A stretch of 64,000 bases of DNA from Candidatus Eiseniibacteriota bacterium (GTDB taxonomy: Bacteria > Eisenbacteria > RBG-16-71-46 > CAIMUX01 > VGJL01). Below the pieces are notes generated by a model. That model saw only the letters and a program-made list of their open reading frames with translations, had not been told where the DNA came from and did no database searches. Each line of letters begins with the position of its first letter. Within the stretch, counting starts at the first letter, position 1. Location: assembly GCA_041946735.1 (NCBI GenBank), contig JBHGAY010000014.1:66733-130732 (forward strand). The letters are read 5' to 3'. This document shows, piece after piece, positions 19,636 to 28,160 of the stretch. The position numbers and the translations under genes were made by a program.

Positions 19636-19806
19636 CCGTTCTGGCCCGCTGCTGCGGCGCGAGGGACGGCAGCGGCGACAGAGGCGGCGGTTGCATCCCG
19701 CGGCATGATCGGTAGGATGATCCGTTCCCGTTTTGGCGGAAGCGCGTGCTCCGGAATGGTCCGGCCTGCGCGGCACCCCGCCTGTTTCGGGAAGGGAGGC
19801 CGCCGC

Positions 19807-20400
19807 ATGGCGTGGGAAGAGCGAGCGGAGGGCGAGCAGGCCCTCGACTCGACGCGCGAGCTGATCCTCAGGATCCGTGAAGGGGACGAGGCCGCGCGCG
19901 AGCGGCTCTTCGCGCGGTTTCTCCCGGGCCTGCGTCGCTGGGCGCACGGCCGCCTTCCCGCGCGCGCCCGCGCGCTGGTCGAGACGGACGATCTCGTCCA
20001 GGTCGCGCTGATCCGCGCGTTCGCCCGCGTGGAGGAGTTCGATCCAAGGCGGCGAGGAGCGTTCCTCGCCTACCTTCACCAGATCCTCCTGAATTGCATT
20101 CGCGAGGAGATCCGGCGCGCTTCCCGCCGGCCGGGCGGCGAGCCGCTCGTCGAGGAGCTGCCGGAGGATCGCGCCTCGCTCCTGGAAAGGACGATCGGCC
20201 TCGCCGCAATCGACGCCTACGAGACGGCCGTGCGCGACCTTCCGCAGGAGCAGCAGCAGGCGGTGATCCTCCGGATCGAGTTCGGCTTCAGCCACAAGGA
20301 GATCGCCGAGGCGCTCGGACGTCCGTCGGCGAACGCGGTGCGGATGCAGATCGCGCGCGGACTCGTGCGGCTGGCGGAGCGGATGGATGCCCACCGGTAA
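19807..20400 (+). CDS. ECF-type RNA polymerase sigma factor
   Basis: GDEAARERLF, DDLVQ, FLAYLHQILLN, LPQEQQQAVILR..GFSHKEIAEALG..AVRMQIARG; GGAGG RBS. Confidence 0.93.
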   Translation: MAWEERAEGEQALDSTRELILRIREGDEAARERLFARFLPGLRRWAHGRLPARARALVETDDLVQVALIRAFARVEEFDPRRRGAFLAYLHQILLNCIREEIRRASRRPGGEPLVEELPEDRASLLERTIGLAAIDAYETAVRDLPQEQQQAVILRIEFGFSHKEIAEALGRPSANAVRMQIARGLVRLAERMDAHR

Positions 20401-23400
20401 GCGGCCCGGCGAGCGGGGGGACGCGGCGCGCGCCGCGCGCCAGCGCCTGCAGCGTGTCGCGAGCGCGATCGTCCAGGGACGGCCGGTCGACTGGCAACGG
20501 ATGGCGGAAGACTACCCCGAGCTTCGCTCGCGGCTCGAGCAGCTACGGAAGATCGAGGCGCTCGCCGAGTCCGGGCGCGTGGGCCGGCCGGCGGCGGGAG
20601 GTACGCGAGCCGGCGGCGCCAGCGGGCCGGATTCCTCGCCCGCATCCTTCCTGTTCTCTTGGGGGGGCTTGCAGGTCCTCGAGAAGATCGGCGAGGGATC
20701 GTTCGGCGAGGTGTTCCGCGCCTTCGATCCGGCGCTCGAGCGCGAGGTCGCGTTGAAGCTGCGCCGCCCGCGGCCCAACGAGCCGCCCGGGGCGCACCTC
20801 GAGGAGGCGCGCCGGCTCGCGCGCGTCCGCCATCCTCATGTGCTGACGATCCATGGTGTCGAGACCCACGACGGACGTCCCGGCTTCTGGACCGACTTCC
20901 TGCGCGGCGCCACCCTCGAGCAGAGGATCGTGGAAGGAGATCCCCTCCCGGCGCGCGAGATCGCCGCGATCGGGATCGACCTTTGCGCGGCGCTCGCCGC
21001 GGTGCACGCGGCGGGGATCGTCCACGGCGACGTGAAAGCGGCGAACGTGATGCGCGAGTCCGACTCGCGCGTCATCCTGATGGACTTCGGGGCCGGTTCT
21101 TCCCTTCGAGACGACACGCAACGGATCACCGGCACCCCGCTCGTCATGGCGCCGGAGACTCTCGATGGTTCGGCCCCGCCGAGCCCGGCGTCCGACGTGT
21201 ACGCGCTGGGCGTGCTGCTCTACCGGCTTGCGACCGGCCGTTATCCGCTCGAAGCGAGCTCGCGCGCGGAGCTGCACGAAGCGCACCGGACCGCGGCCCG
21301 CATCCCGCTCGCCGAGATCCGACCGGACCTGCCCGCGGTGCTCGTCCGCGCCATCGAGCGTGCCCTCCTCCCCGATCCCGCCGCCCGCACGGCAAGCGCC
21401 GCGGCGCTCGGCGCGGACCTCCACGCGAGCCTGCTCGGCCCCGGAGTCCCGGCGGCGGCGGATCCACCCTCACGCCCGCGTCGCCCCGCGCGAGGGGCCG
21501 CGACAAATTTGCCCTCGCCGCCGGGGCGCTTCATCGGCCGGGAGCGAGAGCGCGCCGCGCTTCGCGGGCTCCTTCTCGAGAAGCGAATCGTCACGCTGGT
21601 CGGTCCCGCCGGGACAGGCAAGACCCGCCTCGCGCTCGAAGCTGCGAACGACCTGCTCGAGGCGTTTCCCGGCGGTGTCTGGTGGACCGCGCTCGCCCCG
21701 TTGACCGGCGAGGCTCAGATCGAGGAGGAGGTCCTTCGCTCTCTTCGGCTGCCCGCCGATCCGGCGAGCCGGCCGCTCGATCTCCTCGTCGCGTCGATCG
21801 GCGCGCGGCCGCTCCTTCTCCTCCTCGACAACTGCGAGCATCTGCGCGCCGGCGCAGCCCGCTTCGCCGCCGCGCTGTCGGCCGCGTGCCCGGAGCTGCG
21901 CCTGCTCGCCACGAGCCGAGAGCCTCTGGGGATCGAGGGGGAGATCGTCCATCGCGTGCCGCCGCTGTCGCTGCCGGTCGCTTCCCGGCTCCCGGGCAGA
22001 CGCGAGGGGATGGAGGTCGCGGCCTTCGAAGCGGTCCGGCTCTTCGTCGACCGCGCCTATCAGAGCCGCGCGAGCTTCGCGCTCACGCGCGAGAACGCCC
22101 CTGCCATCGCGCGAATCTGCCGGCGGCTCGACGGCATCCCCCTCGCGATCGAGCTGGCCGCCGCGCGCGTCCGCTCGATGGGGACGCACGAGATCGCCAG
22201 CCGCCTGGAACGAAGCCTGTCGATCCTGCCGGCCGGCGACCCGGAGAACGTGCCCCACCGGACGCTCCGCGCCTCGATCGAATGGAGCTACCGCCTGCTC
22301 CGCGATCCCGAACGCACCCTCTTCCGCCGCCTGTCGGTCTTCCTGGGACGCACGCCGCTCGAGGCCATCGAGGCGGTGGCAGGCGATGCGGCGGTGCGTG
22401 AGGCGGTGGCAGGCGATGCGGCGGCGCGTGAGGCGGAGGCGGCGGCGGCGGATGCCGCGACGCGCGCGGCGCAGGCGGCGAATGCTCCGGAGGGCGAGGC
22501 GCCGGCGCAGATCGCGGGCGAGTCGATCCTCGATCTCCTTTCGAGCCTCGTCGAGAAATCCCTCGTCGTCTTCGACCCGCCTCCCGCCGATCGCGCCGCG
22601 GAAGCCGGCGTGGATCGAGCCGGCCGGGGCAGAGACGGTTCGCAGCCAGCCGCCCCGCGCGACGAGGGAGGCTACCGGATGCTCGAGATGGTGCGGGAGT
22701 TCGCCGCCGCGGAGAGCGCGGCCGCCGGAGAGGAGGAACCTCTCCGCGCGAGGCATCTCGCCTACTTCACCGCCCGCGCGGATCAAGCGCTCCGCCAGCT
22801 GAGCGGCGCCGACCAGGATGCCTGGCTGCTCCAGCTCGAACGCGAGAACGACAACCTCCGCGCGGCGATGCGCTGGGCCGCGCTCCCGGGCGGAGACGCC
22901 GAGATGGGGATGCGCACCGCCATCGGGCTTCGCCGCCTCTGGTATGTCCGCGGCTGGATGTCGGAAGGAGTGGAGCACGTCCGCGCGCTCCTCGCGAGCC
23001 CGACGCTGCCGCCGGGTTCGAGGGCGAGGGGGCTCATCGCGGCGGCGAACCTCGAGTGGGCGCGGGGCGACTCCGTCCCGGCTCGCGCGCATTGCGAGGA
23101 GGCTCTCGCGATGCTGCAGGAGATCGACGACCCGGCGGCGCGGGCGGCAAGCCTGTCGATGCTCGGGACGATCGAATGCGACGCGGGCAACTACGACCGC
23201 GCCGTCTCGCTACTCGAGGAAGGGATCGAGCTGCGGCGCCGGGCCGGAGTCCTGGCGGCCTTGACCGCTCCCCTGCTGAACCTCGGTGTCATTCACGCCC
23301 GGCGCGGAGATCTCGACAGCGCGCAGCGCTGCTACGAGGAGGCTCTTGCCGTCGCTCGCGAAACCGAGGACCGCCCGAGCGAAGGGGTCTGCTTGGGGAA

Positions 23401-23908
23401 TCTCAGCGCCACGGCGCGCGACCGCGGCGATCTGGAGAAGGCCGAATCGCTCGCCGAGCAAAGCTTGGAGATCCTGCGCGCGACCGAGAATCACCGCGGA
23501 TTGGGCCACGGGTATCGCACCCTCGGTTCGATCCGGATGCAGCGAGGACGTCTGCCGGAGGCGGAGGAAGCGCTCCGCATGGAGCTGCGGATCCTGCGCG
23601 ATTCCGAGGATGCCCGCCAGATCTTCGAGAACCTCGAGGCGTTCGCGCGCCTGCTTCTCGCCCAGGGACGATTCGAGGCTTCCGCCATCCTGCACGGAGC
23701 GCTGGACTCGGTGCGCGCGCAGAAGGGCTACCCGATCCCGCCGTCAGAGGAGCCGATCCGCGAAGGGGACCTGGCCCGGTTGCGTGAGGCTCTCGGCGAG
23801 AAGGGCTTCGCGGCCGCTTGCGCTCGCGGTGGCACCATGTCTCTCGATCAGGCGGTGGGATTCGTCGAGGACGGCGGGCCGGCGAGCGCCGGAGAAGGGA
23901 GTAGCTGA
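20387..23908 (+). CDS. Ser/Thr protein kinase fused to a STAND (NB-ARC/AfsR-like) ATPase and TPR repeats
   Basis: IGEGSFGEV, VALK, HGDVKAAN, DFG, GTPLVMAPE; GPAGTGKT, LLLLDNCEH, LDGIPLAIELAAAR; C-terminal TPR-like helices. Confidence 0.93.
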   Translation: MPTGKRPGERGDAARAARQRLQRVASAIVQGRPVDWQRMAEDYPELRSRLEQLRKIEALAESGRVGRPAAGGTRAGGASGPDSSPASFLFSWGGLQVLEKIGEGSFGEVFRAFDPALEREVALKLRRPRPNEPPGAHLEEARRLARVRHPHVLTIHGVETHDGRPGFWTDFLRGATLEQRIVEGDPLPAREIAAIGIDLCAALAAVHAAGIVHGDVKAANVMRESDSRVILMDFGAGSSLRDDTQRITGTPLVMAPETLDGSAPPSPASDVYALGVLLYRLATGRYPLEASSRAELHEAHRTAARIPLAEIRPDLPAVLVRAIERALLPDPAARTASAAALGADLHASLLGPGVPAAADPPSRPRRPARGAATNLPSPPGRFIGRERERAALRGLLLEKRIVTLVGPAGTGKTRLALEAANDLLEAFPGGVWWTALAPLTGEAQIEEEVLRSLRLPADPASRPLDLLVASIGARPLLLLLDNCEHLRAGAARFAAALSAACPELRLLATSREPLGIEGEIVHRVPPLSLPVASRLPGRREGMEVAAFEAVRLFVDRAYQSRASFALTRENAPAIARICRRLDGIPLAIELAAARVRSMGTHEIASRLERSLSILPAGDPENVPHRTLRASIEWSYRLLRDPERTLFRRLSVFLGRTPLEAIEAVAGDAAVREAVAGDAAAREAEAAAADAATRAAQAANAPEGEAPAQIAGESILDLLSSLVEKSLVVFDPPPADRAAEAGVDRAGRGRDGSQPAAPRDEGGYRMLEMVREFAAAESAAAGEEEPLRARHLAYFTARADQALRQLSGADQDAWLLQLERENDNLRAAMRWAALPGGDAEMGMRTAIGLRRLWYVRGWMSEGVEHVRALLASPTLPPGSRARGLIAAANLEWARGDSVPARAHCEEALAMLQEIDDPAARAASLSMLGTIECDAGNYDRAVSLLEEGIELRRRAGVLAALTAPLLNLGVIHARRGDLDSAQRCYEEALAVARETEDRPSEGVCLGNLSATARDRGDLEKAESLAEQSLEILRATENHRGLGHGYRTLGSIRMQRGRLPEAEEALRMELRILRDSEDARQIFENLEAFARLLLAQGRFEASAILHGALDSVRAQKGYPIPPSEEPIREGDLARLREALGEKGFAAACARGGTMSLDQAVGFVEDGGPASAGEGSS

Positions 23909-23953
23909 CGGGGCCGGGGCAGACGAGGGGGGCGGGCGGATAGCCGTGCCCGA

Positions 23954-24523
23954 TCAGGCTTCTCTGGGCAGGACTCCCGCGGCCGCTTCCTCGTAGGTGG
24001 CGAGGTCCGCGTCGGAGAACAGGACGAAGACGACACGGTCGATCGTCCCGGCTCCCGGAGCGCTGACGTCGACCTCCAGCGCTTCCCGCACCGCCGTCAA
24101 CGCGACCCGCGCGGCATCGGGCACCGGATAGAGATACGCTCCGGTCGAGATCGATGGGAATGCGATCGACCGGGCTCCGATCTCGCGCGCCACCTCGAGC
24201 GAGCGGCGATACGCCGAGGCGAGAAGCGCCGGCTCCTCGTAGCGCCCGCCTCTCCAGACCGGACCGACCGCATGGATCACCCACCGGGCAGGCAGCCGTC
24301 CGGCCCCGGTAGCGACCGCCGAGCCGGTCGGACAACCTCCGATCCTGCGGCACTCCTCGCCGATCGTCGGTCCTCCCGCACGGTGGATCGCTCCATCGAC
24401 TCCGCCACCCCCGGCGAGAGCGGCGTTCGCGGCATTGACGATCGCGTCGACCGTCTGCTGCGTGATGTCGCCGCGGAGCAGCTCCACCACCGACCGGCCG
24501 ACCCGATACTCATTGCGCGACAT
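23954..24523 (-). CDS. Macrodomain O-acetyl-ADP-ribose deacetylase / ADP-ribosylhydrolase (YmdB-like)
   Basis: GDIT..DAIVNAAN..GGGGVDGAIH, VIHAVGP, FPSISTGAY. Confidence 0.95.
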   Translation of the reverse strand: MSRNEYRVGRSVVELLRGDITQQTVDAIVNAANAALAGGGGVDGAIHRAGGPTIGEECRRIGGCPTGSAVATGAGRLPARWVIHAVGPVWRGGRYEEPALLASAYRRSLEVAREIGARSIAFPSISTGAYLYPVPDAARVALTAVREALEVDVSAPGAGTIDRVVFVLFSDADLATYEEAAAGVLPREA

Positions 24524-24587
24524 CCCCGAGATCCTCCTCTTGCCCTGTCTCTCCCTTCCCCGATCCCCTTACCGAGCTCGAACCCTC

Positions 24588-24959
24588 TCAGTCTTCCCGG
24601 GTGTCCTTGATCATCCGATTGAGGATTGCCGAGATGATCGTCATCAGAAGCGTGCCGAGGATCGCCGCGCCAAAGCTCGAGACGACGAAGCCGGGGACGA
24701 CGACCGAGGTCAGCCAGAGGACGATTCCGTTGAGGACGAAGATGAAGAGTCCCAGCGTGAGAATCGTGATCGGCAAGGTGAGCAGGATCAGGATCGGGCG
24801 AACGATCGCGTTCAGCACCCCCAGGACGAGAGCGGCGGCGCCGAGCGCCAGCGCGCGGTCGAGAGACGTGTCTCCGACCACGTCGATCCCGGGGAGGATC
24901 GCGGCCGTGAAGCCCAGAGCGAAGAAGCTGACGACGAACCGAATGAAGAACCCTCGCAT
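24588..24959 (-). CDS. YvlD / phage holin superfamily IV membrane protein
   Basis: LGVLNAIVRPILILLTLPITILTLGLFIFVLNG; four hydrophobic segments. Confidence 0.9.
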   Translation of the reverse strand: MRGFFIRFVVSFFALGFTAAILPGIDVVGDTSLDRALALGAAALVLGVLNAIVRPILILLTLPITILTLGLFIFVLNGIVLWLTSVVVPGFVVSSFGAAILGTLLMTIISAILNRMIKDTRED

Positions 24960-25325
24960 CGAACCTCTCCCGGCCGGGGGGCAGGTCCGGCCGCACGGAA
25001 GCGTACCGCATCCCCGGCTCCGCGTCGTCCTCGATCGCGCGGGTCGAGAGCGAAACGCCCCGAGCGAGCGCCGCGAGCGAAGCGCCCGGAGCGAAACGCC
25101 CGGAGCGAAGCGCTTCGCGGTCCGGCGGCGACCGGATGCGCCGCCGGCGAGGGAAGGCCCGTGTCCTTGCCGGGCGCGCCCCGGCTGGGCTACACTTCCC
25201 TCGGTTCCGGTTCGTCCCGGAACGTTTCGCCATCGGCCCCGGCGCCCCGGCCGCCCGGCCCATCGATCACCAGACAGCCGGGAGTCGGGGAGTTCCAACC
25301 CCGGTCGCGAGCACGCGAGAGAGAG

Positions 25326-25452
25326 ATGATCCGTCGCCTGCAGCGCATCTTGCGCGTCGTCGCGCTCGTCTTCGGGAGCACGTAAGTCGCTCCTTCCGGC
25401 CCTCTCGTACCCCGAAAACCATCACGCGGGAGCGTCCCGCGTCTTCGTGTCT
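25326..25452 (+). promoter_or_regulatory. Candidate leader-peptide attenuator (MIRRLQRILRVVALVFGST plus alternative hairpins) upstream of lat
   Basis: 19-aa uORF 25326-25385; mutually exclusive 1:2, 2:3 and 3:4 pairings (see findings). Confidence 0.5.
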
Positions 25453-25474
25453 GCCTGCCGGAAGGAGGCTTCCC

Positions 25475-26845
25475 GTGTCCCACGATCCGATCCGTCCCAA
25501 CGAGGTTCGAGCGGTACTGAAGCGCCACATGCTCGCCGACGGCTACGAGCAGATCCTCGATCTCGAGAAGAGCCATGGCTCCTGGGTGGTCGACGCCCGG
25601 GACGGGCGCGAGTACGTCGACCTGTTCAGCTTCTACGCGGCGATGCCGCTCGGCTTGAACCATCCGAAGTTGTCGAACGACGCGGCGATCCGCCATCTCG
25701 GCCGGATCGCGGTCAACAAGCCGACGAACTCCGACATCTATACGACGGCGATGGCCGAGTTCGTCGACGTCTTCGCCCGGGTGGCGATCCCCAAGTCGCT
25801 CCCGCATCTCTTCCTCGTCGAGGGGGGATCGGTGGCGGTCGAGAACCTGCTGAAGGTCGCCTTCGACTGGAAGGTGCGCAAGAACCTGGCGAAGGGGCTT
25901 CCGGAGGATCGCGGGCAGAAAGTCCTGCACTTCCGCGAGTGCTTCCATGGACGCACCGGCTACACGCTCTCGATGACCGACAGCCACGACAAGCGCAAGA
26001 CCCGTTACTTCCCGAAGTTCGACTGGCCGCGGATCACCAACCCGAAGATCACCTTCCCGCTCGAAGGGGCGAACCTCGCGAAGGTGATGGAGCTCGAGAA
26101 GAGGGCGATCGCCGAGATCGAGGCGGCGGTCGCGGAGAATCCCCACGACATCGCGGCGCTTCTGATCGAGCCGATCCAGGCGGAGGGCGGCGATCATCAT
26201 TTCCGTCCGGAGTTCTTCCGCGCGCTGCGCGAGCTGGCGGACCGCCACGAGTTCCTCTTCTTCGTCGACGAGGTGCAGACCGGGATGGGGTTGACCGGCA
26301 CGTTCTGGGCGCATGAGCAGATGGGGGTCGAGGTCGACGGGCTCGCGTTCGGAAAGAAGATGCAGGTGTGCGGGATCCTCTGCGGGCCGCGGATCGACGA
26401 CGTCGAGGACAACTGCTTCCGGCTCTCGAGCCGGATCAACTCCACGTGGGGCGGGAACCTGGTCGACATGGCGCGCTCGAAGCTGCACCTGGAGATCTTC
26501 GAGGAGGAGAACCTTCTTGACCACGTCCGGACCGAGGGGGCTTATCTCCTGGGACGGCTGCAGGAGCTGCAGCGCGAGCACCCGGGGCTCGTGACGAACG
26601 CGCGCGGGCGTGGCCTGATGTGCGCGTTCGACTTTCCGAGCCCGGACATCCGCAACGAGGTCCGCGACACGGCGCTCGACGAGGGACTCTTCATCCTCGG
26701 ATGCGGCGAGTCGACGCTTCGCTTCCGTCCGGCGCTGAACATCGACCGTCCCACGCTCGACGAGGGGCTCGCGCGCATGAACCGGGCGCTGGGGAAGGTG
26801 GCGGCGAAGACCTCGATTCCGGCCGGTCGACAGGGAAAGGCGTGA
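25475..26845 (+). CDS. lat: L-lysine 6-transaminase (class III aminotransferase)
   Basis: HMLADG, DLFSFYA..LGLNHP, KPTNSDIY, AVENLLKVAFDWK, FHGRTGYTLS, EPIQAEGGD, DEVQTG, FGKKMQVCG, SRINSTWGGNL. Confidence 0.93.
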   Translation: MSHDPIRPNEVRAVLKRHMLADGYEQILDLEKSHGSWVVDARDGREYVDLFSFYAAMPLGLNHPKLSNDAAIRHLGRIAVNKPTNSDIYTTAMAEFVDVFARVAIPKSLPHLFLVEGGSVAVENLLKVAFDWKVRKNLAKGLPEDRGQKVLHFRECFHGRTGYTLSMTDSHDKRKTRYFPKFDWPRITNPKITFPLEGANLAKVMELEKRAIAEIEAAVAENPHDIAALLIEPIQAEGGDHHFRPEFFRALRELADRHEFLFFVDEVQTGMGLTGTFWAHEQMGVEVDGLAFGKKMQVCGILCGPRIDDVEDNCFRLSSRINSTWGGNLVDMARSKLHLEIFEEENLLDHVRTEGAYLLGRLQELQREHPGLVTNARGRGLMCAFDFPSPDIRNEVRDTALDEGLFILGCGESTLRFRPALNIDRPTLDEGLARMNRALGKVAAKTSIPAGRQGKA

Positions 26846-28035
26846 CGGCCGGCTCGCCGGAGAGCGGCGGCACCGGGGAGCACGAGCCGGCCGGGGAGCG
26901 CGGACACGGCGGCGAGCGCGGACGCGCGGGCGAGCACGAGCGCGAACGCGTCGGCGAGCACGAGCCGGCCGGCGCCGCGATGGCTCGGGCGACCCGCCTG
27001 ATGGTCGAAGCGACCCGCGGCCCAGCGGTGGAGTCGATCCATCGCGGGGCCGCCGCCGTCTGCGATCCGGACGGACGGGTCGTCGCCCGCGTGGGAAACG
27101 CGCGCCTCGCCGCCTTCCTCCGTTCCGCGACCAAGCCGTTTCAAGCGATGGCGCTCTTCGAAACCGGAGCTATCGATCGCTTCGGCATCCCTCCGGAGGA
27201 GCTGGCGATCGTGATCGCCTCGCACGACGGCGAGCCGTTTCACGTCGATCTCGTCCGCTCTCTCCAGGCGCGGACCGGCGTCGCGCAGGGATGGCTGCGC
27301 TGCGGCGCGCATGCCCCGTACAGCGCGGCGACGCGGGCGGCGATGGCGGCGCGGGGCGAGGAGCCGAGCGTCCTGCACAACAACTGCTCCGGGAAGCACA
27401 CCGGAATGCTCGCCGCGGCGCTGGCGATCGGAGCCCCGGTCGAAAGCTACGTGGATCCGGACCACCCGGTGCAGCGCACCAACCGGAACCGGCTCGCCCG
27501 CCTCTCCGGGATGGCGGCCGGCGAGATCGGAGTCGCGATCGACGGATGCTCCGCCCCGACGTTTCGCATGCCGCTCGACCGCTTCGCGACCGCGCTTGCC
27601 CGCCTCGCCGCCGCCGGAGCGGCGGGGGAGGACGCCGCGCGCTGGGGATTGCCGGACGAGACGCGCGGGCTTCGCGCCGCCTGGTCCGCAATGGTCGACC
27701 ATCCCGAAGTCATCGCAGGGACGTCGGGACGGGTCGACACCGACCTGATGCGGGCCGCCCGCGAAGCGGGGATCCCCCTGATCGTCAAGGCAGGGGCCGA
27801 GGGGGTCTACGCGATGGCGCTGCGAGCGCCCGAGGGACCGCTCGGCATCGCCATCAAGATGGAGGACGGGCTCGAGCGAGGGCGCAACTGCGCGTCGATC
27901 GAGATCCTTTCGCAGCTCGGCGCCCTGCCGCCCGCGATGGCGGCCCGCCTGCGCGACTGGCATCGCCCCCTCCTGCGCAACCGGGCCGGCCTGGAGGTCG
28001 GCGAGGTGCGGCCGGCCTTCCGGCTGGAACGCTGA
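26842..28035 (+). CDS. L-asparaginase II (Rhizobium AnsA / class 3)
   Basis: RSATKPFQA, ASHDGE, HNNCSGKH, DGCSAP, KAGAEG; start may instead be ATG 26980. Confidence 0.9.
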   Translation: MTAGSPESGGTGEHEPAGERGHGGERGRAGEHERERVGEHEPAGAAMARATRLMVEATRGPAVESIHRGAAAVCDPDGRVVARVGNARLAAFLRSATKPFQAMALFETGAIDRFGIPPEELAIVIASHDGEPFHVDLVRSLQARTGVAQGWLRCGAHAPYSAATRAAMAARGEEPSVLHNNCSGKHTGMLAAALAIGAPVESYVDPDHPVQRTNRNRLARLSGMAAGEIGVAIDGCSAPTFRMPLDRFATALARLAAAGAAGEDAARWGLPDETRGLRAAWSAMVDHPEVIAGTSGRVDTDLMRAAREAGIPLIVKAGAEGVYAMALRAPEGPLGIAIKMEDGLERGRNCASIEILSQLGALPPAMAARLRDWHRPLLRNRAGLEVGEVRPAFRLER

Positions 28036-28160
28036 GGTCGGAGGCGGGCGCAAGAGAGCGCGGGCGAAGGGAGCAGCGAACCGGAGCGGAGGCCGGCGGG
28101 TCTTTCCGCTATCATCCGTCCGTCCACCCGCCGCCTGCCGGAGGCGGGACAGGAGGTTGG

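Noticed and set aside
24588..24959. Holin-family gene as evidence of a prophage
   Set aside because: YvlD-type proteins are common chromosomal genes; no phage structural, lysin or integrase genes nearby.
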